Part shown: in pieces, positions 1 to 10,127 of the stretch
Numbering within the stretch: the stretch's first letter is position 1
How the letters are laid out: every line of letters starts with the position of its first letter
Assembly: GCA_031316235.1 (NCBI GenBank)
Contig: JALDRA010000001.1
Location: 3,060,001-3,092,000 of the forward strand
Length of the DNA: 32,000 bases
From: Candidatus Scalindua sp.
GTDB lineage: Bacteria; Planctomycetota; Brocadiia; Brocadiales; Scalinduaceae
Direction: 5' to 3'
The notes under the pieces: generated by a model
What the model saw: the letters and a program-made list of their open reading frames with translations, nothing else
What the model was told of the DNA's origin: nothing
Databases searched by the model: none
Program-made: the position numbers and the translations under genes

Positions 1-762
1 TAATATTTCATCTCTTTTCGCTTTTTTCCCTATCTCAACAAGCGTTTTTACCCCTTTCAGAGGAAACCATTGATACGAAAAAATTTTCCCTTTTGCCTCA
101 GTTCTATTTACCTTGATATTGCCTGTTCCTTTGTGTATCCAGCGGAGAACAGGATTGAGTAGGGAAATCCATGTTTCAACCGGTAAAACATAATATTTTT
201 TATACCTAATTCCAAAGAATGGTGCACCAAATACAAGTTTATCTACCGACACATCCTTTACAGCAACAGCACTCAGTGCACAACCCATCGAGTGCCCTAC
301 GATCACAACCTCTTTATACTGTTTTTTCAAGTGTATCAATTCGTTACGAACGGCACGAATAAGTTCATCAGCACTCTTTTTTTCAAAATCGAAAGGGCTT
401 GTTCCGTGGCCGGGTAACCGCATGACCCGTACTCGCCACCCCAGTTTTGCTAATCGATCTGGCAAGTCACTGAAATTGTTACTTCCACCGGCAAATCCAT
501 GAACAAACAATACTGCTCCTGTTGAATCATAATTCCCCAGATCTCTGACTTCCGCACCAAGTAAAATGCCTGTAGAGGAATCACGAGGTGCACGTAAGTC
601 TGATTGTCTTACGAGGTAATTGGTAATAATCCATGAGGCTGCAAATAGAAAAGTCAAAGGAAATGTTCCGTATATCATCCCTCTTTTCACTCTTGAAATG
701 CGAGCAAAGTTCTCTCTTCTCCATCGTCTGCTTCTGTTATGTTTGTTCAGCGGATCGCTCAT
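1..762 (-). CDS. alpha/beta-fold hydrolase (esterase/lysophospholipase-like), N-terminally membrane-anchored; 3' end runs off the window
   Basis: Absent from the supplied ORF track because no stop lies inside the window. My translation of the minus strand from the ATG at 762-760 stays open to position 1 (254 codons, MSDPLNKHNRSRRW...). It shows a hydrophobic N-terminal segment, an HGFAGG oxyanion-hole motif and a GHSMG nucleophile elbow. Confidence 0.7.
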   Translation of the reverse strand, partial: MSDPLNKHNRSRRWRRENFARISRVKRGMIYGTFPLTFLFAASWIITNYLVRQSDLRAPRDSSTGILLGAEVRDLGNYDSTGAVLFVHGFAGGSNNFSDLPDRLAKLGWRVRVMRLPGHGTSPFDFEKKSADELIRAVRNELIHLKKQYKEVVIVGHSMGCALSAVAVKDVSVDKLVFGAPFFGIRYKKYYVLPVETWISLLNPVLRWIHKGTGNIKVNRTEAKGKIFSYQWFPLKGVKTLVEIGKKAKRDEIL

Positions 763-976
763 TTTTCTCTTCTCTCTTCCGAATTAGAACTGGTTCTACG
801 GTTTAAAAACGGCTGGCAAGGTGCTGATGTTGGTGGTGGTTTGATATCATCAACACTGTTTACTCTCGTTGAGGTGTTTACCTGTTACGGCTGGTTTGAA
901 AGACGGGAGATCGTGAAAAGCCGGGTATCAAATATCTCAATTCCCCCTTCAGTGAATAACAATTAATAACATATTT

Positions 977-1537
977 TTACCAGAGCTTGATCTCTTCTCG
1001 AAGTGTTATCAGGTCTTCATCTTTAATGGCTATAGTTCGGAAGTTTGTATCTAATGATATGGCACGCTTCAGATATATCTTTGCTTTTTCAATGTTTCCA
1101 AGCTGGCATTCGTAACATGCCAGATTGTAAGGGATGATAGCATCTTCACTAAAACGTTCGATTGCCTGGAGCAGGATACGGCGTGCATCTGTAATTTTCT
1201 CATGCCGCCTTACTGCATACGCATAAGCCACCCAGGTATCTACCAGGTCTGGTTGCGTTTCCCAGAGAGTACGGGAAATTGTGACCGCCATTTCCCAATC
1301 TTCAGTATCAACAGATAACCGGTTCATTAACCATAAGTATACAGAGTTGTTGCGATATCCCTTTGGTACTTGCTGAAGTTCTTTTCTAGCCTCAGCATAC
1401 ATTTTCAAGTCCAGGTAGCCATCAGCCGCCATGAGCATTTTCTCTATTTGAACCGGAAATTCTTCTACCACAGACAACCTCCTCCCGAGTACGCTCATTC
1501 TGGTATAATAATACAATGCCAGAACAATAGATAACAT
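977..1537 (-). CDS. tetratricopeptide (TPR)-like repeat protein
   Basis: 186-aa ORF with TPR-like helical repeats, for example YNLACYECQLGNIEKAKIYLKRAISLD and a MYAEARKELQQ segment. I see no further functional signature. Confidence 0.5.
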   Translation of the reverse strand: MLSIVLALYYYTRMSVLGRRLSVVEEFPVQIEKMLMAADGYLDLKMYAEARKELQQVPKGYRNNSVYLWLMNRLSVDTEDWEMAVTISRTLWETQPDLVDTWVAYAYAVRRHEKITDARRILLQAIERFSEDAIIPYNLACYECQLGNIEKAKIYLKRAISLDTNFRTIAIKDEDLITLREEIKLW

Positions 1538-1928
1538 GTAGTTTGTTTTTTCTCTGTTTGTTTAAATAATTGACTTTAAAGTGTCAGATTTATAATATAC
1601 ACTATCCCTACGGTAAAAGGTATCCCTATGAATATCCCTTGATTAGTTTACCTGTTTTTGGTTATTAATCGAGAGAAAAAATGTTGACTATTTCAAGTTG
1701 AGAGAAGGTCTTGACAAACGATATGTGGTTAAATCTCTGATAATATAAGACTTGCCGCATCTGTTTTTTTATGGGAGATTGAAATTTTATTAGTAAACTG
1801 CTTGCTGTTTGGGGGATGTATATAGAAAGCGGTAAGAATAATGAAGGAATAAGGCTCTATTACCTGCTGCTCACAGAGAAGCTGAAATTATATTACATTT
1901 TTATTAACGAGAAGGGAGTAAATGGTTT

Positions 1929-2696
1929 ATGAAATCAAGAAATAACATGGTTCATTTTTTACTGGCAGCTGTATTTTTATGCATGATCTTACCGGTCGGG
2001 TGTTCTACCGCGGTGAAAAAACCGGTTCTTTCATCAATTGAACCGGGAATTGGTCTGTCAGAAATTTCCGATCCAAATCAACTGCCTGAGTTTAAAGATG
2101 ATTATGGCAAAATAATGCTGCTCTATGCGATAGACAACAGCAGGTTATATTTTAATGGCGTTCAGTCTTACCACACAAGCTATGATTCAATAGGATTTAC
2201 ACCAGCAAAACAGAAAGAAACCTTATCTTTTTTTCGTGACGGATACCTTCAGTGTAAGAATTCTCAGGAACTGAACGAATTTATCACCAGGAATTTCAGA
2301 ATTTTTCAAGCTGTTGGTAAAGATTCGAGAGGAGAAGTTCATTTTTCCGGTTATGGAACACACCTGAATGATGCAAGTGTTACTGAAAAATGGACATACG
2401 CAATCTCCAACGGTTCATTAGGGGTACCGCTTTCCTCAATGAGAAGCATAGCTACCGGCAAAGGGATCTTTCCGCCAGGCGGACTTGCTTTTGCGGTTAT
2501 AGAAAATGGGAGTGCGGGAGGTGGCAACCAGAAAGGGCAGGTTGGAAAATCATTTTTTGTTCTGGATCAGGACACAAGGAGTTCCATCAATACGGCTGAT
2601 AGGGCAGACATATTCTTTGGGGTAGGTAATGATGCAATAAAAAAAGCAGGAGGTTTAAATGCCAATGGCAAACTCTATTATCTTCTCAAGCGTTAA
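1929..2696 (+). CDS. MltA-like (MltA/3D-domain) lytic murein transglycosylase lipoprotein, divergent
   Basis: Signal peptide with a lipobox (LPVGCS). The central HFSGYG segment resembles the MltA TGYYEP region. The C-terminus RSIATGKGIFPPGG...LDQDTRSSINTADRADIFFGVGNDAIKKAGG...GKLYYLLK aligns by eye with the MltA/3D-domain consensus SIAVDp..iPlG...aqDTGgAIkG..R.D.F.G.G..A...AG...G..y.LLpk. Confidence 0.55.
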   Translation: MKSRNNMVHFLLAAVFLCMILPVGCSTAVKKPVLSSIEPGIGLSEISDPNQLPEFKDDYGKIMLLYAIDNSRLYFNGVQSYHTSYDSIGFTPAKQKETLSFFRDGYLQCKNSQELNEFITRNFRIFQAVGKDSRGEVHFSGYGTHLNDASVTEKWTYAISNGSLGVPLSSMRSIATGKGIFPPGGLAFAVIENGSAGGGNQKGQVGKSFFVLDQDTRSSINTADRADIFFGVGNDAIKKAGGLNANGKLYYLLKR

Positions 2697-2741
2697 TGCT
2701 GTTAATTTCCCCGTAAATTGCTACTGATAATAGTGAAACAA

Positions 2742-2781
2742 CCCGTCCCCGCCCGTCCCCGATTGGAACGGATGGGGATGG
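2742..2781. repeat. tandem 10-mer (cccgtccccg x2) plus hairpin between convergent genes
   Basis: cccgtccccg occurs at 2742-2751 and again at 2752-2761. ccgtcccc (2753-2760) can pair with ggggatgg (2774-2781) with one G-U pair. The element sits between the stops of the MltA-like gene (+) and the sugar dehydrogenase gene (-). No clear U-tract follows, so a terminator role is uncertain. Confidence 0.3.
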
Positions 2782-2819
2782 AGGTTTGCCGGGTAGGAAA
2801 GGAATTCTTAGAGATCACC

Positions 2820-4064
2820 TTATGTTCGAAGTGATTCCTTAACATCATAGAAAATGCCATTTTCGACTGTGAAGGAGGACATTTTCTGCTCGCCCATCTG
2901 AACAAATTCACGATGTTTCACTGCCAGGACTACCGCTTGATAACTACCGCTTACAGGTGTTTCAATCAAGGCAATTCCGTATTCTTCCTGCACATCTTCT
3001 GGAGAAGCTTGTGGATCGTGGACATCTGCCTGTACACCAAAAATCTTCAGCTCCTGGATTATGTCGATGACTCGTGAATTTCGAATATCAGGAACATCCT
3101 CCTTGAAGGTGATTCCCAAGATCAGTACCTTTGAATCCTTAATTTCCAGCCTGTTGTTAATCATTTTTTTGATCAGTTCCCGTGCAAAATATCTGCCCAT
3201 GGCATCATTGATTCGTCTTCCGGCCATGATAATTTGGGGATGGTGACCGAGCTCTTCCGCTTTAAAGGCAAGGTAGTATGGGTCAACTCCAATACAATGG
3301 CCACCAACAAGCCCTGGTGAAAATGGAAGAAAATTCCATTTCGTACCAGCTGCTTTCAGAACATCATGGGTAGAAATTCCCATCTTATCAAATATTATTT
3401 TAAGTTCATTCATGAGACCGATGTTAATATCACGCTGGGTATTTTCAATAACCTTTGCGGCTTCAGCAACCTTAATCGAGGCTGCCTCATGAATGCCCGC
3501 TTCAACTGCGGTACCGTATACTTCGGCAACATTCTTTAACGTCTCCTCGGTATCTCCGGAAACGACCTTCGTAATTTTGGAAAAAGTGTGGACTTTATCC
3601 CCGGGGTTAATCCGTTCAGGTGAATAGCCAACAAAAAAATCCTTTTTCCATTTGAGTCCCGAGGCTTTCTCTAATTCAGGAATACAGACATCCTCGGTTG
3701 CCCCGGGATAAACGGTTGATTCATAAACAATCGTAGTACCCGGTTTCATATTCTCGCCAATTGTTCTGGATGCGCCAATGAGTGGTTTCAGGTCAGGATT
3801 TCTGTGTGAATCGATTGGAGTCGGAACGGTCACAATCAGAAAGTCAGATTCTGCAATAATGTCTGGATTGGTATAGAAAGACATTTTAGAAGCCTGAAGT
3901 ACTGATGATTCGACTTCACCATTTGGATCTTCACCACCCTTTAATGTTTTGATACGCCTTTCACTGATGTCATAACCGAAGACTTTATAATAATTTGACA
4001 ACTCTACAGCCAGAGGTAATCCAACGTACCCTAACCCAATGACAGTTATTGCTCTCGGAGCCAT
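2820..4064 (-). CDS. nucleotide-sugar 6-dehydrogenase, TviB/WbpO-like (UDP-GlcNAc/GalNAc dehydrogenase family)
   Basis: 414 aa. N-terminal Rossmann motif VIGLGYVGLPLAVE, then ITVPTPI, YESTVYPGATE, VGYSPERINPGDK, SIKVAEAAKVIENTQRDINI, KWNFLPFSPGLVGGHCIGVDPYYL and ILGITFKEDVPDIRNSR. These closely follow the TviB/WbpO branch of the UDP-glucose/GDP-mannose dehydrogenase family. Confidence 0.85.
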   Translation of the reverse strand: MAPRAITVIGLGYVGLPLAVELSNYYKVFGYDISERRIKTLKGGEDPNGEVESSVLQASKMSFYTNPDIIAESDFLIVTVPTPIDSHRNPDLKPLIGASRTIGENMKPGTTIVYESTVYPGATEDVCIPELEKASGLKWKKDFFVGYSPERINPGDKVHTFSKITKVVSGDTEETLKNVAEVYGTAVEAGIHEAASIKVAEAAKVIENTQRDINIGLMNELKIIFDKMGISTHDVLKAAGTKWNFLPFSPGLVGGHCIGVDPYYLAFKAEELGHHPQIIMAGRRINDAMGRYFARELIKKMINNRLEIKDSKVLILGITFKEDVPDIRNSRVIDIIQELKIFGVQADVHDPQASPEDVQEEYGIALIETPVSGSYQAVVLAVKHREFVQMGEQKMSSFTVENGIFYDVKESLRT

Positions 4065-4521
4065 TCCTTTAGTCCTTTCTGATTTAATGAGTAGGTGAAC
4101 GGAAGCTACTCATCTCCCGGGTTGCGGTAATAATTTCGCAATCATCAAGTGTTTGAACACTTAAGTACTTTCCAGTTAAGGAATTATTGCGCACCTTGTA
4201 TCTGTGCCGTTTTCGTTCACCCACAGGTTTTTCGGTTCTTTTCGATTCATTCTTCAATTCGTGATTGTTATGCTGTTCTTCAAAACGTGAAGAATAGAGT
4301 AACCATCGGTAAAATTCAAGATTTATTTAAGAAGCTACTGAGATATGAACGGGTATTTTCAGGAAATCTGGCTATGTGTACGGAGAGAACAGCGATGTGC
4401 ATACGGCCAGTCCGGAACCAGCAACATGTTCTGTCTCTGCCGGGTTGTCAAACTTTCCCTTTAAAAGAATAGCCAGACATTCGTCGTTAACACACCGAAG
4501 AGGTGAGTGGATGGAAAGTCT

Positions 4522-5808
4522 CTAGATCACCGTTCCTTCAGCGATGACGGCTCCTTTTTCTACGACAACGATGCCGTCCCTGATCCAATATCCATGGCCG
4601 ATCAAATTATTTTTTTTCTTCTGGTTGATAATGTGCACATTGTTTCCAATACGTGCATTCTTATCTATGATTGCTCGTTCAATGATACAGTTACTTCCTA
4701 TTCCCATTGGTGTCCGGTCTCTTTTTTCAGACAAATTTTTTTCATAAAAATCAGCACCCATAATAATAGACTTATTGATGGAGCTGTCCTGATTAATGAT
4801 GCTCCGAACTCCGATTACAGATTCTTTAATAGAGACTTTATGTGCAATACACCCTTCGGAAATCAGTGAATTGCTGATGTTACATTCCTCCAGCCGAGAA
4901 GGTGGTAAAAAAAGCGGTTGCGCATAAATAGGGTGTTCGATGTCAAAGAGAGAGAACTTCGGGGAAGGAGAAGCAAGGTCGAGATTGGCCTCATAGAATG
5001 CCCTGATGGTTCCAATGTCTTCCCAGTAGGCATTGTGGAAGAAGCCCGTTAATTTTTTTTTCCCAAGAAGGCTCGGAATAATATGTTTTCCAAAGTCGTG
5101 TTCGTCACTGTTTTCCATCAGTGAACAGAGGTACTGTTTCGAAAAAACATAGATACCCATGTTGGCGAGGACATAATCTTTATTTGCATCCAGCTCTTCG
5201 GATTCTTTCACTGATGGCGGGATGTAATATGTTTCAATAAGGGAAGGATCTTCCGGCTTTTCGATAAAGGCTTGTATGTTTCCTGCATCATCGACTCTGG
5301 CAAGTCCAAATTCAGGTGCCTTTTCTTTATCCACAACAGTGAGTGCTATTGTAACATCAGTATGGCTTTCCTGGTGCCTGATAATAATCTGATCATAGTC
5401 CATCCTGTACAGCTGATCACCGGAAAGGATAAGGAAATATTCAACATTCATGTCTGCAGCAACGTGTTTAATATTTTTTCTGATCGCATCTGCCGTTCCC
5501 TGTAACCACTCCTTACTTTCCATGCTCTGCTCAGCAGCGAGGATACGGATATATCCATTTGAGAAATGGTCAAATTTATAGGTCTCGTAAACACTTCGAT
5601 TAAGAGATTCAGAATTAAACTGGGTGATAACAAAGATTTTTTTTATTCCGGAATTAATGCAGTTGCTTACGGGAATATCGACCAGACGATATTTCCCTCC
5701 AAGTGGGACTGCAGGTTTTGATCTCGTTTTTGTCAAAGGGAAGAGACGCGTTCCTTTTCCACCACCCAGGATAATTCCTGCAACATGGTTCATACTCAGT
5801 TTGTTCAC
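4522..5808 (-). CDS. glgC: glucose-1-phosphate adenylyltransferase
   Basis: 428 aa. Carries the N-terminal nucleotidyltransferase signature GIILGGGKGTRLFPLTKTRSKPAVPLGGKYRLVDIPVSNCINSG and a C-terminal left-handed beta-helix region typical of GlgC. Confidence 0.85.
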   Translation of the reverse strand: MNKLSMNHVAGIILGGGKGTRLFPLTKTRSKPAVPLGGKYRLVDIPVSNCINSGIKKIFVITQFNSESLNRSVYETYKFDHFSNGYIRILAAEQSMESKEWLQGTADAIRKNIKHVAADMNVEYFLILSGDQLYRMDYDQIIIRHQESHTDVTIALTVVDKEKAPEFGLARVDDAGNIQAFIEKPEDPSLIETYYIPPSVKESEELDANKDYVLANMGIYVFSKQYLCSLMENSDEHDFGKHIIPSLLGKKKLTGFFHNAYWEDIGTIRAFYEANLDLASPSPKFSLFDIEHPIYAQPLFLPPSRLEECNISNSLISEGCIAHKVSIKESVIGVRSIINQDSSINKSIIMGADFYEKNLSEKRDRTPMGIGSNCIIERAIIDKNARIGNNVHIINQKKKNNLIGHGYWIRDGIVVVEKGAVIAEGTVI

Positions 5809-5832
5809 AGTTCGATTCCTTTATGTAAAAAG

Positions 5833-7968
5833 TTATGCCAGCATAAAATCTACTTCTCTTTTCAGCAAGTCTATCTTGGTGATTTTGACCGTTACGATAT
5901 CTCCAAATCGAAATATTCTGCCTCTCCTGGTGCCTATCAAAGAAACCCTTTTTTTATCGAGTTTGTAAAAATCATCAGTGAGTGTCCTGATGTGGATAAG
6001 TCCGTCTAGCAGGAGATCATCTAATTGTACAAAAAGACCGTATTCCTGAATACCGGTTATGACACCCTGCATTACTTTGTCCATGTGTTCTTCCAGATAT
6101 CTGAGGAGCTTTAGTTTTATTATCTCACGTTCAGCTTCCTCTGACCTTTTTTCGGTGAACGAGCAGTGATCTGCCCAGCCGGAAATGATCTCTTCCCACT
6201 GGCCTTTGACCTTGCTTGATTTCAGCTCTCCTGAAAGATACATGTCCAGGAGCCGGTGTATGATCAAGTCAGGGTAACGACGAATTGGCGAGGTGAAGTG
6301 TGTATAGTGATCCACCGCAAGTGCATAATGGGGCGCCTGGGCAGCAGAGTAGACGGCCTTATTCAAGGACTTCAGCAGCATCATGTTTATTGTATAACTT
6401 TCAGGATGGGTGCTGATTTCATTCAGAAAGGTTTGTAATACTCTATTATCAAAAGGATTTACCCTCTTACCCAAACAAAGAAATATAAATTCAGCAAAGT
6501 CATCCATTTTGTCTTCGTCCGGTTCTGCATGAATTCGGTATAGTGATGGAAGGTTGTTTGCATGCATAAATTTTGCTACGATTTGATTTGCCGCAATCAT
6601 AAACTCTTCAATGATGATGTGTGAGATATCTCTCGTTACCTTTTCAATAGAATCAATAATACCTGATTTGCCAGTTTTGATAGTTATTTCAGGCAGGTTG
6701 AGTTCAAGAGCTCCGCCCCTTAACCGTTTTTCATAGAGGATCTTTGCAAACGTACACATGATTGACAGCGAATGTGTTAAATGATCGGATTTTATGGTTT
6801 TCAGATTCCCTCCGCTTTTTTCCAGTATTATTTTTGTTGCATTATCATAGGTCAGCCTTTTTTTCACATTTATGATTGAGTGTTTTATCTCAGAACGGAG
6901 CAAAATACCATCGGGAGAGTAGGTACACAAAACACTCTTGGTCAATCTATCCTCTCCCTCTTTCAGACTGCAGATACCGTTGGATAGTATTTCTGGAAGC
7001 ATGGGTATAACGGTACCTGGAAAATAGACACTCGTACCACGCTTTCGTGCTTCTCTATCAAGCTCGGTGTCATAGCGGACGTAGTAAGAAACATCCGTTA
7101 TATGAACGCCGAGCAACCAATTTCCGCTGTCGTCTCTGTTGAGTGAAATTGCGTCATCAAAATCTTTTGCATCATCGGGATCAATGGTTATGATGAATTC
7201 GTTTCGAAGGTCAATTCGGTTGCTGAGGTCATCTTGCCCTATCGAGAGAGGAAGAGATTTTGTTTCAGCATGAACCTCTTTGCTGAATATAAAAGGAAGC
7301 TGAAACTGATAAATGATTGAACGGGTATCAACGGCTGGATCATCACTCTGCCCCAGAACTTCGATAATGGATCCTTCAGCATTGAGATGCCTGTTTGGCC
7401 ATTGGTTGATCTTAACAACAACTTTGTCATTATTCTTTATATCCTTTGCTTGCTCATGAGAGACGTAAATGTCTCTACAGATTGCATGATTGTCTGGTGC
7501 AACGTAGCTGAGATAATCACTTCTCTTGAAAGTACCAATGACAGTTTCGTTTGCGTGATGCAAAATGTTAACGATCTTCCCTGATTCCTTATTTCTTTTT
7601 TTTCTCCCTTTCATTGTTGGAGAAGGCAATCTTACTACGACTATATCTCCGTGCATGGCGTTACTCATGTCCGCTTCATTTACATAGATATCAGAAGATG
7701 TTTCTTTCTGTAGAGGAACAACAAATCCGAAACCTTTTCGGTTGCATTCCAGTTTTCCCACCATCAGGTTGGCTCTTTTTGGGTTTGCGTAGAGCTTTTT
7801 CTTCACCTGAACGATTATGCCTTTTAATTCAAGATCGTGTAATTGTGTACAAAACTGCCGGTATTCTGAATCTTCTATGTTGCACTGTTCTGCTAATTCG
7901 GATGCACTCATAGGTTTATATTTTCTACTATTGATCAGTTTTGTTACTTTTTTTTCTACATCAGTCAT
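5833..7968 (-). CDS. rnr: ribonuclease R (RNB-family 3'-5' exoribonuclease)
   Basis: 711 aa. N-terminal HTH/cold-shock-like region, an RNB catalytic core (ITIDPDDAKDFDDAISL, SVYFPGTVIPMLPE, HYALA...YTHFTSPIRRYPDLIIHR) and a C-terminal S1 domain (GVITGIQEYGLFVQL). Confidence 0.9.
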   Translation of the reverse strand: MTDVEKKVTKLINSRKYKPMSASELAEQCNIEDSEYRQFCTQLHDLELKGIIVQVKKKLYANPKRANLMVGKLECNRKGFGFVVPLQKETSSDIYVNEADMSNAMHGDIVVVRLPSPTMKGRKKRNKESGKIVNILHHANETVIGTFKRSDYLSYVAPDNHAICRDIYVSHEQAKDIKNNDKVVVKINQWPNRHLNAEGSIIEVLGQSDDPAVDTRSIIYQFQLPFIFSKEVHAETKSLPLSIGQDDLSNRIDLRNEFIITIDPDDAKDFDDAISLNRDDSGNWLLGVHITDVSYYVRYDTELDREARKRGTSVYFPGTVIPMLPEILSNGICSLKEGEDRLTKSVLCTYSPDGILLRSEIKHSIINVKKRLTYDNATKIILEKSGGNLKTIKSDHLTHSLSIMCTFAKILYEKRLRGGALELNLPEITIKTGKSGIIDSIEKVTRDISHIIIEEFMIAANQIVAKFMHANNLPSLYRIHAEPDEDKMDDFAEFIFLCLGKRVNPFDNRVLQTFLNEISTHPESYTINMMLLKSLNKAVYSAAQAPHYALAVDHYTHFTSPIRRYPDLIIHRLLDMYLSGELKSSKVKGQWEEIISGWADHCSFTEKRSEEAEREIIKLKLLRYLEEHMDKVMQGVITGIQEYGLFVQLDDLLLDGLIHIRTLTDDFYKLDKKRVSLIGTRRGRIFRFGDIVTVKITKIDLLKREVDFMLA

Positions 7969-8310
7969 TCTTGAGTCAATCCTTGGTTCGCAGAGAATGA
8001 AATCCGTTTCTTCAATGAAGAAAGAGAAGTGTTTCTCGTAAGTGAAAAAATTACCGGGCTAAATTTGCAGATATTGATCAGGTACCATGGATAGGGCTGA
8101 TTAGGCGTACTATACCAGAAATAAATCAAATAATCACACAAATAACAGGGATGAATATTCTTGTGGGATGAGAGGAAAGTTGTAAACATTACTATGGTTC
8201 AAAATGAAATGTCTCACATACCTTTGTTTAAACATGGAATGACGCAATAGAGATCCTTCGCGGAAGTTGGAACAGCGCCTTTGATTCAGTGACACTCCAA
8301 TTACTCCTTG

Positions 8311-9273
8311 CTAATCGAAATAATCGCCACTCTTTTTAAACAATTTTCTTTCAAACATCTTATTAAAGCCGGTCCAGTTGTCTTGAGAATCTTTATCATT
8401 TGCAATAGCCTTGTTAAATGCGTGCATCTTTGCGTCAAGATTGTCGAGATAATGAAGTGCAAGGGCTTCTACCGTCATCGGAAGTTTTGGTGACCCCCAC
8501 TCATATTCTCCATGGTGGCTTAGAATCATGTGCTTTAAAAGATCCAACAACGTTTTAGGAAAACCTTCAACCTGTTTTGCTTTTTCCTCAACTATTTGTA
8601 TTCCTGATATCAAGTGTCCCAGGAGCTGACCTTCGTCTGAATAGTGGAGGTTTCTTTCATAACAGAGTTCGGTTATTTTCCCTATGTCGTGGAATAGTAT
8701 CCCACATATCAATAAATCCCTGTTAAGGGCTGGATAGAGATGTGCTATCTTTACTCCTGCCTGTGCAACGGACAATGTGTGCTCTAATAATCCTCCCAGA
8801 AATGCATGATGATACTGAACTGCAGCAGGTGCAGAACAGAAACTTCTGCACAATTCTTTGTCATCAAAAAAGACAGTTACCAGTTTTTTTAAATATGGCT
8901 GTTTAATCGAATTGACAATGGTCCTGAGTTCGGAATACATGTCATTAATATTTCTTTCTGTGCTGGGGAGGAAATCGGCAAGTTTTATCTCTGACTGATC
9001 TGTTTTTGAAATGCTGAGAATGATTAATTGCATCCGGTTCTGATAAATCTCCGCTTTTCCCTTAATCCTTAAGAATGCGTCATCCTCAAGAGATTCAAAA
9101 AAACGGGGACTGGCATCCCACATTCTCGCATCAATTACACCTGTGCGGTCGGCTAGCTGCGTCTGGATGTATAATGAACCGTTCTTGGTCGTTCGCAGTT
9201 CTTTCCTTTGTACCAGAAATACAGTGTCAATTACGTCGCCGCTGCTGAATTGAGATATATATTTTTTTATCAT
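8311..9273 (-). CDS. OB-fold + HD-domain phosphohydrolase (YhaM-like 3'-5' exoribonuclease family)
   Basis: 320 aa. N-terminal OB-fold-like segment (VFLVQRKELRTTKNGSLYIQTQLADRTGVIDARMWD) followed by HD-domain motifs (HHAFLGGLLEHTL, LFHDIGK, SHHG). Confidence 0.7.
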   Translation of the reverse strand: MIKKYISQFSSGDVIDTVFLVQRKELRTTKNGSLYIQTQLADRTGVIDARMWDASPRFFESLEDDAFLRIKGKAEIYQNRMQLIILSISKTDQSEIKLADFLPSTERNINDMYSELRTIVNSIKQPYLKKLVTVFFDDKELCRSFCSAPAAVQYHHAFLGGLLEHTLSVAQAGVKIAHLYPALNRDLLICGILFHDIGKITELCYERNLHYSDEGQLLGHLISGIQIVEEKAKQVEGFPKTLLDLLKHMILSHHGEYEWGSPKLPMTVEALALHYLDNLDAKMHAFNKAIANDKDSQDNWTGFNKMFERKLFKKSGDYFD

Positions 9274-9388
9274 TGATTCATAATCCTTAACCGGAAGATT
9301 TTGGAAGATTGTTTGCTTCAGCGTGGATTTTACGTATCTGATTTCCCAAAGTCAAGCGAATCTAAAAGAACTTTAAATATGTTTGTAT

Positions 9389-9462
9389 CAAATCATGGTT
9401 GCAGGTATACTCGCTCAAATTTATCTCGGATTTTATCCGAAATCCAGTATGAGATCCGTATA
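9389..9462 (+). repeat. copy A of the two-hairpin palindromic repeat family (hairpin-2 complete, hairpin-1 only as its right half)
   Basis: caaatcatggttgcagg-tatactcgctcaaatttatctcggattttatccgaaatccagtatgagatccgtata. It shares aggtatactcgctcaa.tttatctcggattttatccgaaa...tatgag...gtata with copies at 16066-16122 (inverted) and 19457-19515. Confidence 0.6.
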
Positions 9463-9672
9463 TTCCAGGCATGAATTATAAGAGCGTCACCTGGTGACCT
9501 CAAAATCCTGCAAACGGTTTTCTTGCTAAGATAGATTGTTTTCCAGTCTCCATCGGTTAGAGTCACTTTCACTGGGAAGTGATGGTGAGAAAGAGTCAAA
9601 GCTTGTCGTCGATACCGGAAATGCGTTGAAAACTTTAATAGGAAAAATATCTGTCGTTTGTAATGGAGGGAC

Positions 9673-10107
9673 ATGAAGGCAGGCATCTATCATCTCATCA
9701 TAAAATTTCCCGGGAAAAAAGTGATTAAAGTTGGTCGACTTGGAGCATTTCTCTTCCCGAAAGGGTTTTATGTCTACACGGGCAGTGCTCAGGTGGGTCT
9801 TGGGAAGAGGGTTGCGAGACATCTTTCACAAGAGAAGAAACTGCACTGGCATATAGACTATTTACTACAATTTGGAGAAATTGTGGATGTCTTGACCATT
9901 CATGGAGCAAAAAACAGGGAGTGTGTCCTGAGTAATCAGATAGCACTTAGTCTGGGTGGAAGAGTCATTGCAGAGAAATTTGGTTCTTCAGATTGTAAAT
10001 GTAGAACACACCTCTATTTTTTTGAGCATACACCAGAAATAAAGAATCTGCTCCGGGGAGCAAAAAAATACAGAACAGTAAAAAAAGAGGATTTTACCGG
10101 GTGTTAG
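9673..10107 (+). CDS. DUF123 family protein (GIY-YIG/Uri-like nuclease superfamily)
   Basis: 144 aa. GIYHLII...GFYVYTGSA...L..RVARHL......HWHIDYL...FGSSDCKCRTHLYFF matches my memory of the DUF123 signature. A GGAGG RBS ends 4 nt before the ATG. Confidence 0.6.
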   Translation: MKAGIYHLIIKFPGKKVIKVGRLGAFLFPKGFYVYTGSAQVGLGKRVARHLSQEKKLHWHIDYLLQFGEIVDVLTIHGAKNRECVLSNQIALSLGGRVIAEKFGSSDCKCRTHLYFFEHTPEIKNLLRGAKKYRTVKKEDFTGC

Positions 10108-10127
10108 GAGTGTTGCCATAGATATGA

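Noticed and set aside
739-966. 75-aa ORF between the hydrolase and TPR genes
   Set aside because: It overlaps the hydrolase start codon region, has no RBS or motif, and its composition is unlike the neighbouring genes. It is probably non-coding promoter or terminator space.
4149-4472. 107-aa ORF and a possible SRP-RNA-like motif (cagtccggaaccagcaac) in the 458-nt gap upstream of the sugar dehydrogenase
   Set aside because: The ORF has no features. The SRP resemblance fails because the bases flanking GGAA cannot form the helix-8 stem (UCC/GGA).
4507-4869. 120-aa + strand ORF, and the 4544-4747 ORF, overlapping glgC
   Set aside because: Both are antisense to a strongly supported glgC and have no recognisable features.
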